Part shown: positions 42,931-53,208 of the stretch, piece after piece
Position numbering within the stretch: position 1 is the stretch's first letter
How the letters are laid out: every line of letters begins with the position of its first letter
Notes under the pieces: model-generated
Seen by the model: only the letters and a program-made list of their open reading frames with translations
Databases searched by the model: none
What the model was told of the DNA's origin: nothing
Made by a program: the position numbers and the translations under genes
Source: Candidatus Oxydemutatoraceae bacterium
GTDB taxonomy: Bacteria > Pseudomonadota > Gammaproteobacteria > Poriferisulfidales > Oxydemutatoraceae
NCBI GenBank assembly: GCA_965237985.1
Contig: OZ250161.1
Span: 1,701,677 to 1,765,676, forward strand
Length of the DNA stretch: 64,000 nucleotides
Direction: 5' to 3'

Positions 42931-45487
42931 GCCGATGTGGTGGAATTTGGCAGACACGCTGTCTTGAGGGGGCAGTGGCGAAAGTCGTGCCGGTTCGAGT
43001 CCGGCCATCGGCACCAGTTTAAGCAACGCGATTGACGTGAAGTCGGATGAGTGCTTTCTCGATGCCGTCGCCGATTCCTAAAATTCCCGATTAGAAGCCG
43101 ATGTGGTGGAATTTGGCAGACACGCTGTCTTGAGGGGGCAGTGGCGAAAGTCGTGCCGGTTCGAGTCCGGCCATCGGCACCAGTTTAAGCAACGCGATTG
43201 ACGCGAAGTCGGATGAGTGCTTTCTCAAATGCCGTCGCCGATTCCTAAAATTCCCGATTAGAAGCCGATGTGGTGGAATTTGGCAGACACGCTGTCTTGA
43301 GGGGGCAGTGGCGAAAGTCGTGCCGGTTCGAGTCCGGCCATCGGCACCAGTTTGACCGATTGACGTGAAGTCGGATGAGTGCTTTCTCAAATGCCGTCGC
43401 CGATTCCTAAAATTCCCGATTAGAAGCCGATGTGGTGGAATTTGGCAGACACGCTGTCTTGAGGGGGCAGTGGCGAAAGTCGTGCCGGTTCGAGTCCGGC
43501 AACGCGATTGACGCGAAGTCGGATGAGTGCTTTCTCGATGCCGTCGCCGATTTCCAAAGTTCCCGATTAGAAGCCGATGTGGTGGAATTTGGTAGACACG
43601 TTGTCTTGAGGGGGCAGTGGCGAAAGTCGTGCCGGTTCGAGTCCGGCCATCGGCACCAGTTTAAGCGACGCGATTGACGCGAAGTCGGATGAGTGCTTTC
43701 TCGATGCCGTCGCCGATTCCTAAAATTCCCGATTAGAAGCCGATGTGGTGGAATTTGGCAGACACGCTGTCTTGAGGGGGCAGTGGCGAAAGTCGTGCCG
43801 GTTCGAGTCCGGCCATCGGCACCAGTTTAAGCAACGCGATTGACGTGAAGTCGGATGAGTGCTTTCTCGATGCCGTCGCCGATTTCCAAAGTTCCCGATT
43901 GGAAGCGATGTGGTGGAATTTGGTAGACACGTTGTCTTGAGGGGGCAGTGGCGAAAGTCGTGCCGGTTCGAGTCCGGTCATCGGCACCAGTTTAAGCGAC
44001 GCGATTGACGCGAAGTCGGATGAGTGCTTTCTCGATGCCGTCGCCGATTCCTAAAATTCCCGATTAGAAGCCGATGTGGTGGAATTTGGCAGACACGCTG
44101 TCTTGAGGGGGCAGTGGCGAAAGTCGTGCCGGTTCGAGTCCGGCCATCGGCACCAGTTTAAGCGACGCGATTGACGTGAAGTCGGATGAGTGCTTTCTCA
44201 AATGCCGTCGCCGATTCCTAAAATTCCCGATTAGAAGCCGATGTGGTGGAATTTGGCAGACACGCTGTCTTGAGGGGGCAGTGGCGAAAGTCGTGCCGGT
44301 TCGAGTCCGGCCATCGGCACCAGTTTAAGCAACGCGATTGACGCGAAGTCGGATGAGTGCTTTCTCGATGCCGTCGCCGATTTCCAAAGTTCCCGATTAG
44401 AAGCCGATGTGGTGGAATTTGGCAGACACGCTGTCTTGAGGGGGAAGTGGCGAAAGTCGTGCCGGTTCGAGTCCGGCCATCGGCACCAGTTTAAGCAACG
44501 TGATTGACGCGAAGTCGGATGAGTGCTTTCTCAAATGCCGTCGCCGATTCCTAAAATTCCCGATTAGAAGCCGATGTGGTGGAATTTGGCAGACACGCTG
44601 TCTTGAGGGGGCAGTGGCGAAAGTCGTGCCGGTTCGAGTCCGGCCATCGGCACCAGTTTAAGCAACGTGATTGACGCGAAGTCGGATGAGTGCTTTCTCA
44701 ATGCCGTCGCCGATTCCTAAAATTCCCGATTAGAAGCCGATGTGGTGGAATTTGGCAGACACGCTGTCTTGAGGGGGCAGTGGCGAAAGTCGTGCCGGTT
44801 CGAGTCCGGCCATCGGCACCAGTTTAAGCGACGCGATTGACGCGAAGTCGGATGAGTGCTTTCTCAAATGCCGTCGCCGATTTCCAAAGTTCCCGATTGG
44901 AAGCGATGTGGTGGAATTTGGCAGACACGTTGTCTTGAGGGGGCAGTGGCGAAAGTCGTGCCGGTTCGAGTCCGGCCATCGGCACCAGTTTAAGCAACGT
45001 GATTGACGCGAAGTCGGATGAGTGCTTTCTCGATGCCGTCGCCGATTCCTAAAAACTCCCGATTAGAAGCCGATGTGGTGGAATTTGGCAGACACGCTGT
45101 CTTGAGGGGGCAGTGGCGAAAGTCGTGCCGGTTCGAGTCCGGCCATCGGCACCAGTTTAAGCAACGTGATTGACGCGAAGTCGGATGAGTGCTTTCTCAA
45201 ATGCCGTCGCCGATTCCTAAAATTCCCGATTAGAAGCCGATGTGGTGGAATTTGGCAGACACGCTGTCTTGAGGGGGCAGTGGCGAAAGTCGTGCCGGTT
45301 CGAGTCCGGCCATCGGCACCAGTTTAAGCAACGTGATTGACGCGAAGTCGGATGAGTGCTTTCTCGATGCCGTCGCCGATTCCTAAAATTCCCGATTAGA
45401 AGCCGATGTGGTGGAATTTGGCAGACACGCTGTCTTGAGGGGGCAGTGGCGAAAGTCGTGCCGGTTCGAGGCCGGTCATCGGCACCA
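42931..45487 (+). tRNA. 16 additional tRNA-Leu(GAG) copies (about 10 structurally intact, the others with stem mutations or deletions)
   Basis: Copy 5 lacks the 3' acceptor strand. Copies 8 and 14 lack a 5' C. Copy 11 has an anticodon-stem mismatch. Copies 6, 8 and 14 carry a C>T in the anticodon stem. Copy 17 has T-arm changes. Confidence 0.88.
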
Positions 45488-45660
45488 GTTTAAGCAAAGC
45501 GATTGACGCGAAGTCGGATGAGTGCTTTTTGGCGTTCGTCTGTTGGCAGATTGTCAGCGCCGGGTGCTTCCCTCCAATGCGCCTTTCATGACACTTTGCA
45601 GCTCGCCTGCTCGCCTGCTTGCCTGCATGCCTGCTTTCTGGTTTCCCACAATCCAGCGCA

Positions 45661-46479
45661 GCCGACAATGAGCCAGGGCAGTTGCTTGACGAGGCGATCT
45701 GTCGGCTGGTTCGCCCGGGGATTTCTCGTCCGCAGGGGGTGGTTTGTAGCGTTGCGCCGGTTCCAGTTTCCATACCAAAGGAAAGAACGCAGCAGGGTCT
45801 GCCTGCAACTGCCGACCAGCCTGCTTTCCCCCACCTTTGGTGAATCAGGGTTTTGTGCCTAGTTGCGGCGGTGCGGTTGGGTTGAGCAAGTCCCGCGGGT
45901 ACAGCTGCCGGCTGGTGAGCCGTTCGCGTGCTGCCGACAATGAGCCAGGGCGGTTGCTTGACGAGGCGATCTGTCGGCTGGTTCGCCCGGGGATTTCTCG
46001 TCCGCAGGGGGTGGTTTGTAGCGTTGCGCCGGTTCCAGTTTCCATACCAAAGGAAAGAACGCAGCAGGGTCTGCCTGCAACTGCCGACCAGCCTGCTTTC
46101 CCCCACCTTTGGTGAATCAGGGTTTTGCGCCTAGTTGCGGCGGTGCGGTTGGGTTGAGCAAGTCCCGCGGGTACAGCTGCCGGCTGGTGAGCCGTTCGCG
46201 TGCTGCCGACAATGAGCCAGGGCGGTTGCTTGACGAGGCGATCTGTCAGCTGGTTCGCCCGGGGATTTCTCGTCCGCAGGGGGTGGTTTGTAGCGTTGCG
46301 CCGGTTCCAGTTTCCATACCAAAGGAAAGAACGCAGCAGGGTCTGCCTGCAACTGCCGACCAGCCTGCTTTCCCCCACCTTTGGTGAATCAGGGTTTTGT
46401 GCCTGGTTGCGGCGGCGCGGTTGGGTTGAGCAAGTCCCGCGGGTACAGCTGCCGGCTGGTGAGCCGTTCGCGTGCTGCC
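45661..46479. repeat. Tandem array of 3 copies of a 272 bp unit
   Basis: gccgacaatgagccagggc at 45661, 45933 and 46205; the array ends at about 46479. Confidence 0.95.
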
Positions 46480-46847
46480 TTTCGGCACGTCGTCAGGTGT
46501 CTTTGGTGAATGAAGGTCGCGTGCTCTTGGGATCATTCACGAGCAATACCAGGTTGCTGGCTGGTTTTTGTGTCATTTGTTTTTTTACCGGCAAGGGTTC
46601 CAGCAGGGAAGTCATGAGCTGAAAAAACGGGCATTTCTAAATGGGAAAAAGCGGACAGGATCAGCCTGGGCGTGAGGGTGGACGTGTTGCGTACTGAACG
46701 CGGGTTGTTTATCCTCCCTCCAACGCAAGCCATGCTGTTTCTTGGGTGTTCCTTGTGTACTTTTCGGTACATGGCAAAAGAACTCCCCCAATCGGCATGA
46801 GTGCGTAAAAAACATTTTCTCTATTTGAAACAACAAGGACAGGTGAT

Positions 46848-48320
46848 ATGCATGATTTTCTAGATTTGTCAATTTGGGAATACTCGCTGATTATTTTTGC
46901 TGTAGTGCTGGTTTCCAAACTGTTCAGCAAGAAAACAAGAACTGTTGATGTGCTGTGGTTCATTGTGGCGGGGGCCGTGCTCACGAACCTCGACCTGTTG
47001 CCGGAGCATAATGAATTTCTGGAAACCATCGGTGAATGGGGAATTGTGTTCATCATGTTTGCTCTTGGTCTCGAGGAGGATCTGGGGCGTTTTTCGCAGG
47101 GACTGAAGCGTTGCATGGGCATCGCTTTGATCGGTGCGGCATTTCCGTTTCTGGCTGGTTACTCAACGGCCAGCATATTTGGCTACGACCATGGTTCCGC
47201 TATGCTGTGGGGGCTGACAATGACTGCAACTGCGGTCAGTCTGACGATGATGAGCCTGCGCGGCGACTTTATGCATCGGTCCACGGCAGCGACGGGGATT
47301 ATGACGGCCGCCGTAGTTGACGACGTATTGTCCCTGATTGGCGTTGCGATTCTTATTCCGATCATTTTGGTAAGTGCCGCCGACGACGGTGCCGGTGCGA
47401 TAAGTTTTACGGAAATTCTGTGGATCTGTTTCAAGGTCATCATCTTTTTTGCCATTACTTTGTTTATGGGGCTGGTCGCCTTTCCTGAGCGCACTCCGAA
47501 GAAACTGCCTCCGAACCCAAGTCTTTACCAGAGGCTTGATTACCAGGTCAGCCGTGCGATGGGCTTCTTGGGCGCAAGACGGTTCTTAATGTTGCACAAG
47601 GGTGAGTTCACGCCTCTGATAATGCTTTTTATCGCAATGTTTCTAGGCGTTACGGCGCATAAGCTCGGATTCCACCCCGCCATCGGTGCTTACTTTGCTG
47701 GATTGTTTCTGCATTCCGACTATTTTGTGAACGTGAAAATCAAAAGGACCCGCAACGAGGAAGGGGAAGTCATCGAGGAAGAAGAGAGGGATGACCAGTT
47801 CGAAAAAACCAGATATGTGATTGAGCATTTAGCCTTCACGATTTTTGGTCCAATCTTTTTCGTCAATCTGGGCGGCAAGCTGGTATTCGATGTCGATGTG
47901 ATGCTAAAGGCACTGCCGGTGGTTGCTGTCCTCTATCTTGCAGTCGTTGTTTTTCAGATCCTTTCGGCTACTTTGGCAGCGCGCTTTACGGGTGGATACA
48001 AGTGGCACGAAGGTGTGATGATTGGTTTCGGCATGCTGGGTCGGGCGGAACTGGCCTTTATTGTGATCGACATTGCTTTTGTCGATCACAAGATTATTGA
48101 TGTCACCCAGTTTTATGTTTTGATGATCACCGCGTTTTTGCTGAACATCACGGTGCCGCTCAGTCTCAAATGGTGGAAGCCCTACTATTTGGGCTTCAAG
48201 CGGCTCAGTGTTCTTGGTGTCTGCCTGTCCCGTCCAGAACCGGCACCCGTTCCGACGGATATGCCTGAGTACCGTGACATGATGGATGAAGAGCGAAAGC
48301 GGTATCTGAAAGACGATTAG
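46848..48320 (+). CDS. Cation:proton antiporter (CPA2/NapA-like Na+/H+ exchanger)
   Basis: Multi-TM protein with MFALGLE, TATAVS, AAVVDDV, IGAYFAGL, PIFFV and GMLGRAELA. RBS ACAGGTG upstream. Confidence 0.9.
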   Translation: MHDFLDLSIWEYSLIIFAVVLVSKLFSKKTRTVDVLWFIVAGAVLTNLDLLPEHNEFLETIGEWGIVFIMFALGLEEDLGRFSQGLKRCMGIALIGAAFPFLAGYSTASIFGYDHGSAMLWGLTMTATAVSLTMMSLRGDFMHRSTAATGIMTAAVVDDVLSLIGVAILIPIILVSAADDGAGAISFTEILWICFKVIIFFAITLFMGLVAFPERTPKKLPPNPSLYQRLDYQVSRAMGFLGARRFLMLHKGEFTPLIMLFIAMFLGVTAHKLGFHPAIGAYFAGLFLHSDYFVNVKIKRTRNEEGEVIEEEERDDQFEKTRYVIEHLAFTIFGPIFFVNLGGKLVFDVDVMLKALPVVAVLYLAVVVFQILSATLAARFTGGYKWHEGVMIGFGMLGRAELAFIVIDIAFVDHKIIDVTQFYVLMITAFLLNITVPLSLKWWKPYYLGFKRLSVLGVCLSRPEPAPVPTDMPEYRDMMDEERKRYLKDD

Positions 48321-48983
48321 GCTGGTGTGGTGTTCAGCGTGCCGTCCTGAACAGTTATGAATATTGGGTTCGTGAGTTATGGAACCGTCTTGTCGTTTCG
48401 GACAGTTTGTTCTTTTCGCCAGAATGGCGGGGGATTTTTCCTTCCGAAACTCTCAGTCCCGTGCTCATTTGACCAACGGCCAGGCTGGTGCGGTATTCTT
48501 TGTAGATGGGTTGGTTGATGGGATTAGGGTATCGAATGCCTTGCGGCTTGGTGCGCGGGGCGTTCCCAATCCTCCCATATTGTTGAATTTCAGATCAGTT
48601 TGGCGGATTCTTTTTTAGCATGGCGACGTGAGCTTCCCATAGGCACCTTGTAAGCTTATGAGTCTGCGGGCCAGACGCCTTGGTCACCAGACCAAGGCTG
48701 TGCTGAAGCGCAAAGGTATGGTGGTCGACAACAGGCAAGATCAGCAGACCTACGATCAGATCAGGGGGGGGCGGGCTCGCGGGATGATCCTGGTACCTGT
48801 CGCAAAGTGAATGGGAAATGCGCGCCGTGCCTGTGCCGGACCGGTTTTTTCGCTCCGCCACCGATGGTCATGTACCGACCTTCGTATCAATCAGAGCTTC
48901 CCTGTGAAAAACAGCCCTGATCAGTTTTTGCACAGCCGATGGGCTCGATGCGACATTGGGTTTGTTCCTCGGTTCAGGTGGCG

Positions 48984-49190
48984 TCAGAGCGGTTCTGCCT
49001 TCTCAAGGTCGGTGTCGTCGAAGTTCGTGTCGGTGAGTCTGGCACCGCTCAGGTTTGCTTCTTGAGGCGAAGCCTGGCTGAAATTGGTAGCCGATGGGGT
49101 CGTCGCCTTTTGGACTGGCATCACGCAGAACAGACTCTTCAAGAACCACGTTGTCCAGGTTTGCCTCTGTCGGATTGTCGCCTGGACTGA
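48984..49190 (-). pseudogene. Frameshifted remnant of a pentapeptide-repeat protein
   Basis: EANLDNVVLEESVLRDA and ATNFSQASPQEANLSGARLTDTNFDDTDLEKA occur in two different frames. Confidence 0.5.
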
Positions 49191-49343
49191 CACCACAGCA
49201 ACTCTGCCAGCTTACTTTCAGTTCTGATCTAAAAGTTTGCGTCCCGAATGGTCGTGAACAGCACCGCCACCATAGGCAGGAAGATCCCCTGTCGGGTGAC
49301 GTGCATGCCATGCCAGGTTTTCGGGGGCTTGATCTCCTTATCT

Positions 49344-50549
49344 TTAATCCGCTTTTTGTGGTGTGGCTTTGACGCTTGTTTGACGGAGCATTCCCCGGTA
49401 AATCTCGCTATCGCCGACGACCCCGACCATCCTGCCATTTTCTTCGATCAGAACAGGTGTTCCGGTCTGATGGCGAATTTGTATCGCCGCATGCATGCGC
49501 AGTCTCGGTGATGCGGTGACAACGACGTCATCTCCCAGGGAATCCAGGTCGAGGTCGGGTGTATGGGAAACGAGTCGACGCTCTTTCCCCTCGACTCGGA
49601 CCTTGGTCACGCGGCCGTCATCGTCCAACACCACTCTGTTGTGGCCTGACCAGTCCAGCAGGCGTTCGTCGCCTTCCCGTTTGAGTTTTGCCACACTGGT
49701 CATCAACGAGGTACATCTGAGCACTTGCAGTGGGTTCATGTGGGCGACGAAGTCGGCGACGTATTGACTGGCCGGCTGTAGAACGATCTCCTCGGGTTTG
49801 CCGTACTGGACTATACGCCCGCCTTCCATGATGGCAATGTGGGAGCCGATTTTAATAGCTTCGTCCAGGTCGTGACTGACAAAAATGATGGTTTTCTGGA
49901 GTGTGCGTTGCAGCTCGAGCAGCTCGTCCTGGAGGTGATTGCGGATCAGTGGATCAAGTGCGGAAAATGGCTCGTCCATGAGCAAAACCTCGGCATCGGT
50001 AGCGAAGGCACGCGCAAGACCGACGCGTTGCTGCATGCCGCCGGAGAGCTCATGGATAAAACTGTCTTTCCAGGGGGACAGATCCACGAGTTTTAGTTTT
50101 TCCGCCACGATTTCCCGGCACTTTTTTTTGCCGATGCCACGAAGTTCCAGCCCGAGTCCGACATTCTCCTCCACAGTGCGCCAAGGCAACAGGCCAAAAT
50201 GTTGAAATACCATGGCGATCCGATTCATCCGAAATTGCCGCAGCGTCGCAGCGTTACAGTTCGCTACATCGACAGTTTTGTCCTTGGTGGTAATAAATAC
50301 TTCACCGTGCGTGACCTCGTTGAGACCATTGACGGCGCGTAGCAGAGTCGACTTCCCCGACCCGGAAAGGCCCATAAGAACACAGATCTCCCCTTCCTCG
50401 ATGGTCATGGAACATTTTGAAACGCCCAGAATGCTGCCGGTTTGCTCGCTGATTTCTTCACGCGACTTGCCGGCGTCGGCGAGCAGCAACGCGGCTTTCT
50501 TCTCGTCGCCGAAGATGATGCTGACATTTTTGAATTCGACTGCGGGCAT
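49344..50549 (-). CDS. choV: Choline/glycine-betaine ABC transporter ATP-binding subunit (ChoV/CbcV)
   Basis: LMGLSGSGKSTLLRAVNGLN, ELSGGMQQRVGLARAF and MDEPFSALDPLIR. ATG at 50549 with RBS GGAGG. Confidence 0.9.
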   Translation of the reverse strand: MPAVEFKNVSIIFGDEKKAALLLADAGKSREEISEQTGSILGVSKCSMTIEEGEICVLMGLSGSGKSTLLRAVNGLNEVTHGEVFITTKDKTVDVANCNAATLRQFRMNRIAMVFQHFGLLPWRTVEENVGLGLELRGIGKKKCREIVAEKLKLVDLSPWKDSFIHELSGGMQQRVGLARAFATDAEVLLMDEPFSALDPLIRNHLQDELLELQRTLQKTIIFVSHDLDEAIKIGSHIAIMEGGRIVQYGKPEEIVLQPASQYVADFVAHMNPLQVLRCTSLMTSVAKLKREGDERLLDWSGHNRVVLDDDGRVTKVRVEGKERRLVSHTPDLDLDSLGDDVVVTASPRLRMHAAIQIRHQTGTPVLIEENGRMVGVVGDSEIYRGMLRQTSVKATPQKAD

Positions 50550-50551
50550 GA

Positions 50552-51400
50552 TTATTTCCTCCCCTTCTGAGTTTCCCTTCGCCGGCAAATCCGGTCCAGC
50601 AATATGGCAAGCACCACGATCGCGATTCCTGCTTCCACTCCGTTTGCGATATTGACTGTGTTGAGTGCCCTGACGACTGGATTACCCAGGCCGCCGGCAC
50701 CAACCAGCGTTGCGATTACGACCATCGACAGAGACAGCATGATGCACTGCGTCAGCCCAGCCATAATCGTAGGCATTGCGTGTGGCAGTTCGACTTTCCA
50801 AAGCACTTGGCTATTTGTCGCCCCGAAAGACTCCGCCGCTTCCGTCAAGGTTCTGGGGACAGATGAGATACCGAGATGGGTCAACCGGATCGGGGCTGGA
50901 ATGGCAAAGATTACGGTTGAAATGAGGCCAGGAACCACGCCGAGGCCGAACAAAACCAAGGTCGGGATCAGATAGACAAAAGTGGGGATCGTCTGCATGA
51001 GGTCGAGAACCGGACGCAAAGCGGTCCACAGCCACGGCCGGTGGGCGGCGGCCACGCCCAGGGGAATGCCGGTAACCATGCAGACAGTTGTTGCAAACAC
51101 TATGAGAGCAAAGGTCTCAATCGTCTCTTGCCAGTACCCGAGGTTCAGGATCAGGATCAGGGAAAGAATAACCCCAACGACCAGTGGCCACTTTCGGTGG
51201 ACCAAAAAGGCAATGGCCGCGACCAGGAAGATCAGAAAAAAGGGATTGGCAGAAAGCAACAGTTCGGTCAGTCCATCCATCGCGAATCGTAACGAGTCCG
51301 ATATGAGGTCGAAAAACCAGGCGAAATTTCTATCTATGAAGTCGATGAAATTCTCCGCCCAGCTTCCTATAGGTATTTTGTTGTTAAGAATCCATTCCAT
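50552..51400 (-). CDS. choW: Choline ABC transporter permease (ChoW/CbcW)
   Basis: KIPIG.W, RPVLDLMQTIPTFVYLIP, EAAESFG and QCIMLSLSMVVIA. ATG at 51400. Confidence 0.9.
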   Translation of the reverse strand: MEWILNNKIPIGSWAENFIDFIDRNFAWFFDLISDSLRFAMDGLTELLLSANPFFLIFLVAAIAFLVHRKWPLVVGVILSLILILNLGYWQETIETFALIVFATTVCMVTGIPLGVAAAHRPWLWTALRPVLDLMQTIPTFVYLIPTLVLFGLGVVPGLISTVIFAIPAPIRLTHLGISSVPRTLTEAAESFGATNSQVLWKVELPHAMPTIMAGLTQCIMLSLSMVVIATLVGAGGLGNPVVRALNTVNIANGVEAGIAIVVLAILLDRICRRRETQKGRK

Positions 51401-51972
51401 GATTTTCTCCACTTTGTTTAGCTGAGGCGCAGTGCCTGGAATTCCTTTTCTTTCGCAGTGAAAGCCGGGTTGCGGGGCCAAGGGCAAAATTTTGAACCTG
51501 CCGGCCTTTTTTTGTGATCAGCAGCTTCTGGTGTGACTGGACCAGCCTCATGGCATTTACATCGCCAATGGTTGTGCCCCTCCCCAGAACATCCAGTGAG
51601 GACATTCGGGTAGCTTTTCAGTCCAGTAACAGCCGACTTGTCGGCATTTCGCGCTCCGCCTGTAACCGCTTCCATGCTGTCATTTTCCCTCAGCCTGCGC
51701 GCATGAAAGCTTGCCTGCTGAAGGCCTGGCATTCGGGTAACTCCGGCCCTACTCCCTCCGGGCCGACAAGGCGTCCCAAGTGCTCACGAATTGCCCCTTG
51801 TGCCTGCTCACGAATCACCCTCGCCCATTACCCCCCACAGCCCCTTCTCATGTTGTTGAACGGGTTGTGCCGGTTCAATTCGTGTGAACCATTAGCGCCC
51901 GGGACATCTCTTGTGCATCAAGACGGACAGGATGGTCGATCAGGATGTGAATGAAGTTTTGAAGACTTTGAT

Positions 51973-52926
51973 CTAAAGCTTCAGGTGTGCCCGGACTGCC
52001 GCCAGGCCGTCGCCTTTACCGTCGAAGGTTGTGACGCCGTCAAGCCAAGCGACGAAAGCATCGGGATGGGCTTTCAACCAAGCAGTCGCTGCATCGGTGG
52101 GTTTTAACCTCTTGTCCAGAATTCCTGTCATGACTTCATTTTCCATGGCCAGGGTGAATGAGAAATTGCCCACCAGGCGCCCAACGTTCGGACACTCCTG
52201 GGTATAGCCCTTGCGAACGTTGGTGTAGACAGTCGCGCCACCGAAGTTCGGGCCGAACCAGTCGTCTCCGCCCGTGAGGTAAGCCAGATCGAAGTTTGCG
52301 TTCATTGGGTGCGGTTCCCAGCCCAGGAACACGATCCACTCGCCACGTCTCACTGCCCGTTTGACTTGCGACAACATGCCTTGCTCGGAAGACTCGACTA
52401 TTGAAAAGTCCTTCAGTCCAAAAGCATTCTTATCGATCATTTCCTGGATCAGGCGGTTGCCATCGTTGCCGGCTTCGATCCCGTGGATTTTGTGTTCAAG
52501 TTTTGCGTGAAATTTGGCAATGTCAGTGAAGTCCTTGAGTCCCGCGTCCGCGACAAATTGCGGGACGGCAAGGGTGTATTTGGCTCCACTCAGGTTGGCT
52601 TGCAGCACTTCGACAGAGCCTTCATCACGGTATTTGGCAATATCCGCTTCCATGGTTGGCATCCAGTTGCCCAGGAACACGTCCACATCTTTGTTCTTGA
52701 GGCTGGCGTAGGTCACGGGAACCGCCAGGAACTGGCTTTTAGGCTGGTATCCCAGGCCCTCCAGAATTACTGTCGCGATGGCGTTCGTCGACGTGATGTC
52801 GGTCCAGCCGACATCCGAAAAGGTGACTTTTCGGCATGATTGTGGGTCAGCTGCCAATGCCCATTGCGCCATGGCAACAAGTGCCAAGGCAACGATGGAG
52901 TGTTGGAATCCTGTTTTTTTGAACAT
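51973..52926 (-). CDS. choX: Choline ABC transporter substrate-binding protein (ChoX/CbcX)
   Basis: Signal peptide, FSDVGWTDIT, VFLGNWMP, GAKYTLAVP, GIEAGNDGN, SSEQGML and FLGWEPHPMN. RBS GAGGAGG before ATG 52926. Confidence 0.92.
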   Translation of the reverse strand: MFKKTGFQHSIVALALVAMAQWALAADPQSCRKVTFSDVGWTDITSTNAIATVILEGLGYQPKSQFLAVPVTYASLKNKDVDVFLGNWMPTMEADIAKYRDEGSVEVLQANLSGAKYTLAVPQFVADAGLKDFTDIAKFHAKLEHKIHGIEAGNDGNRLIQEMIDKNAFGLKDFSIVESSEQGMLSQVKRAVRRGEWIVFLGWEPHPMNANFDLAYLTGGDDWFGPNFGGATVYTNVRKGYTQECPNVGRLVGNFSFTLAMENEVMTGILDKRLKPTDAATAWLKAHPDAFVAWLDGVTTFDGKGDGLAAVRAHLKL

Positions 52927-53208
52927 GTCGAGCCTCCTCTTCTTCAAGCACCTACGCCCCCAGATCAGTTGAAAGCACCACTGGGAGCAGTAAGTAAAAA
53001 CCCACTTTGGTCACTTGGTCCCTTCAGTATCTTCAGCATATCCGGTCGCTCTTGCCGACGACCCTGCTGAAATTTCAGTATGGCAAAGTTTTCAGACTTG
53101 CACAAGGAAAAATTCGTGTAAACGTACGGGTTGTGGGGGTGCTTGGCAAATCATTCAATTGAACCATCTCTACTTTGGCTTTGCTGGCCTGAATGGACGA
53201 CCATCTCT

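Larger units (their letters stand above)
42733..45529 (+). repeat. Tandem array of 17 copies of a ~166 bp unit (secG 3' end + tRNA-Leu(GAG) + downstream spacer)
   Basis: tRNA starts at 42765, 42931, 43097, 43264, 43426, 43573, 43739, 43905, 44070, 44237, 44403, 44570, 44736, 44903, 45069, 45236 and 45402. Confidence 0.97.

Noticed and set aside
51420-51960. Possible IS1595-like fragment in the ~570-bp choW-choX gap (..TGLKSYPNVL..GHNH..)
   Set aside because: Only a vague motif; no inverted repeats or DDE domain are identifiable.
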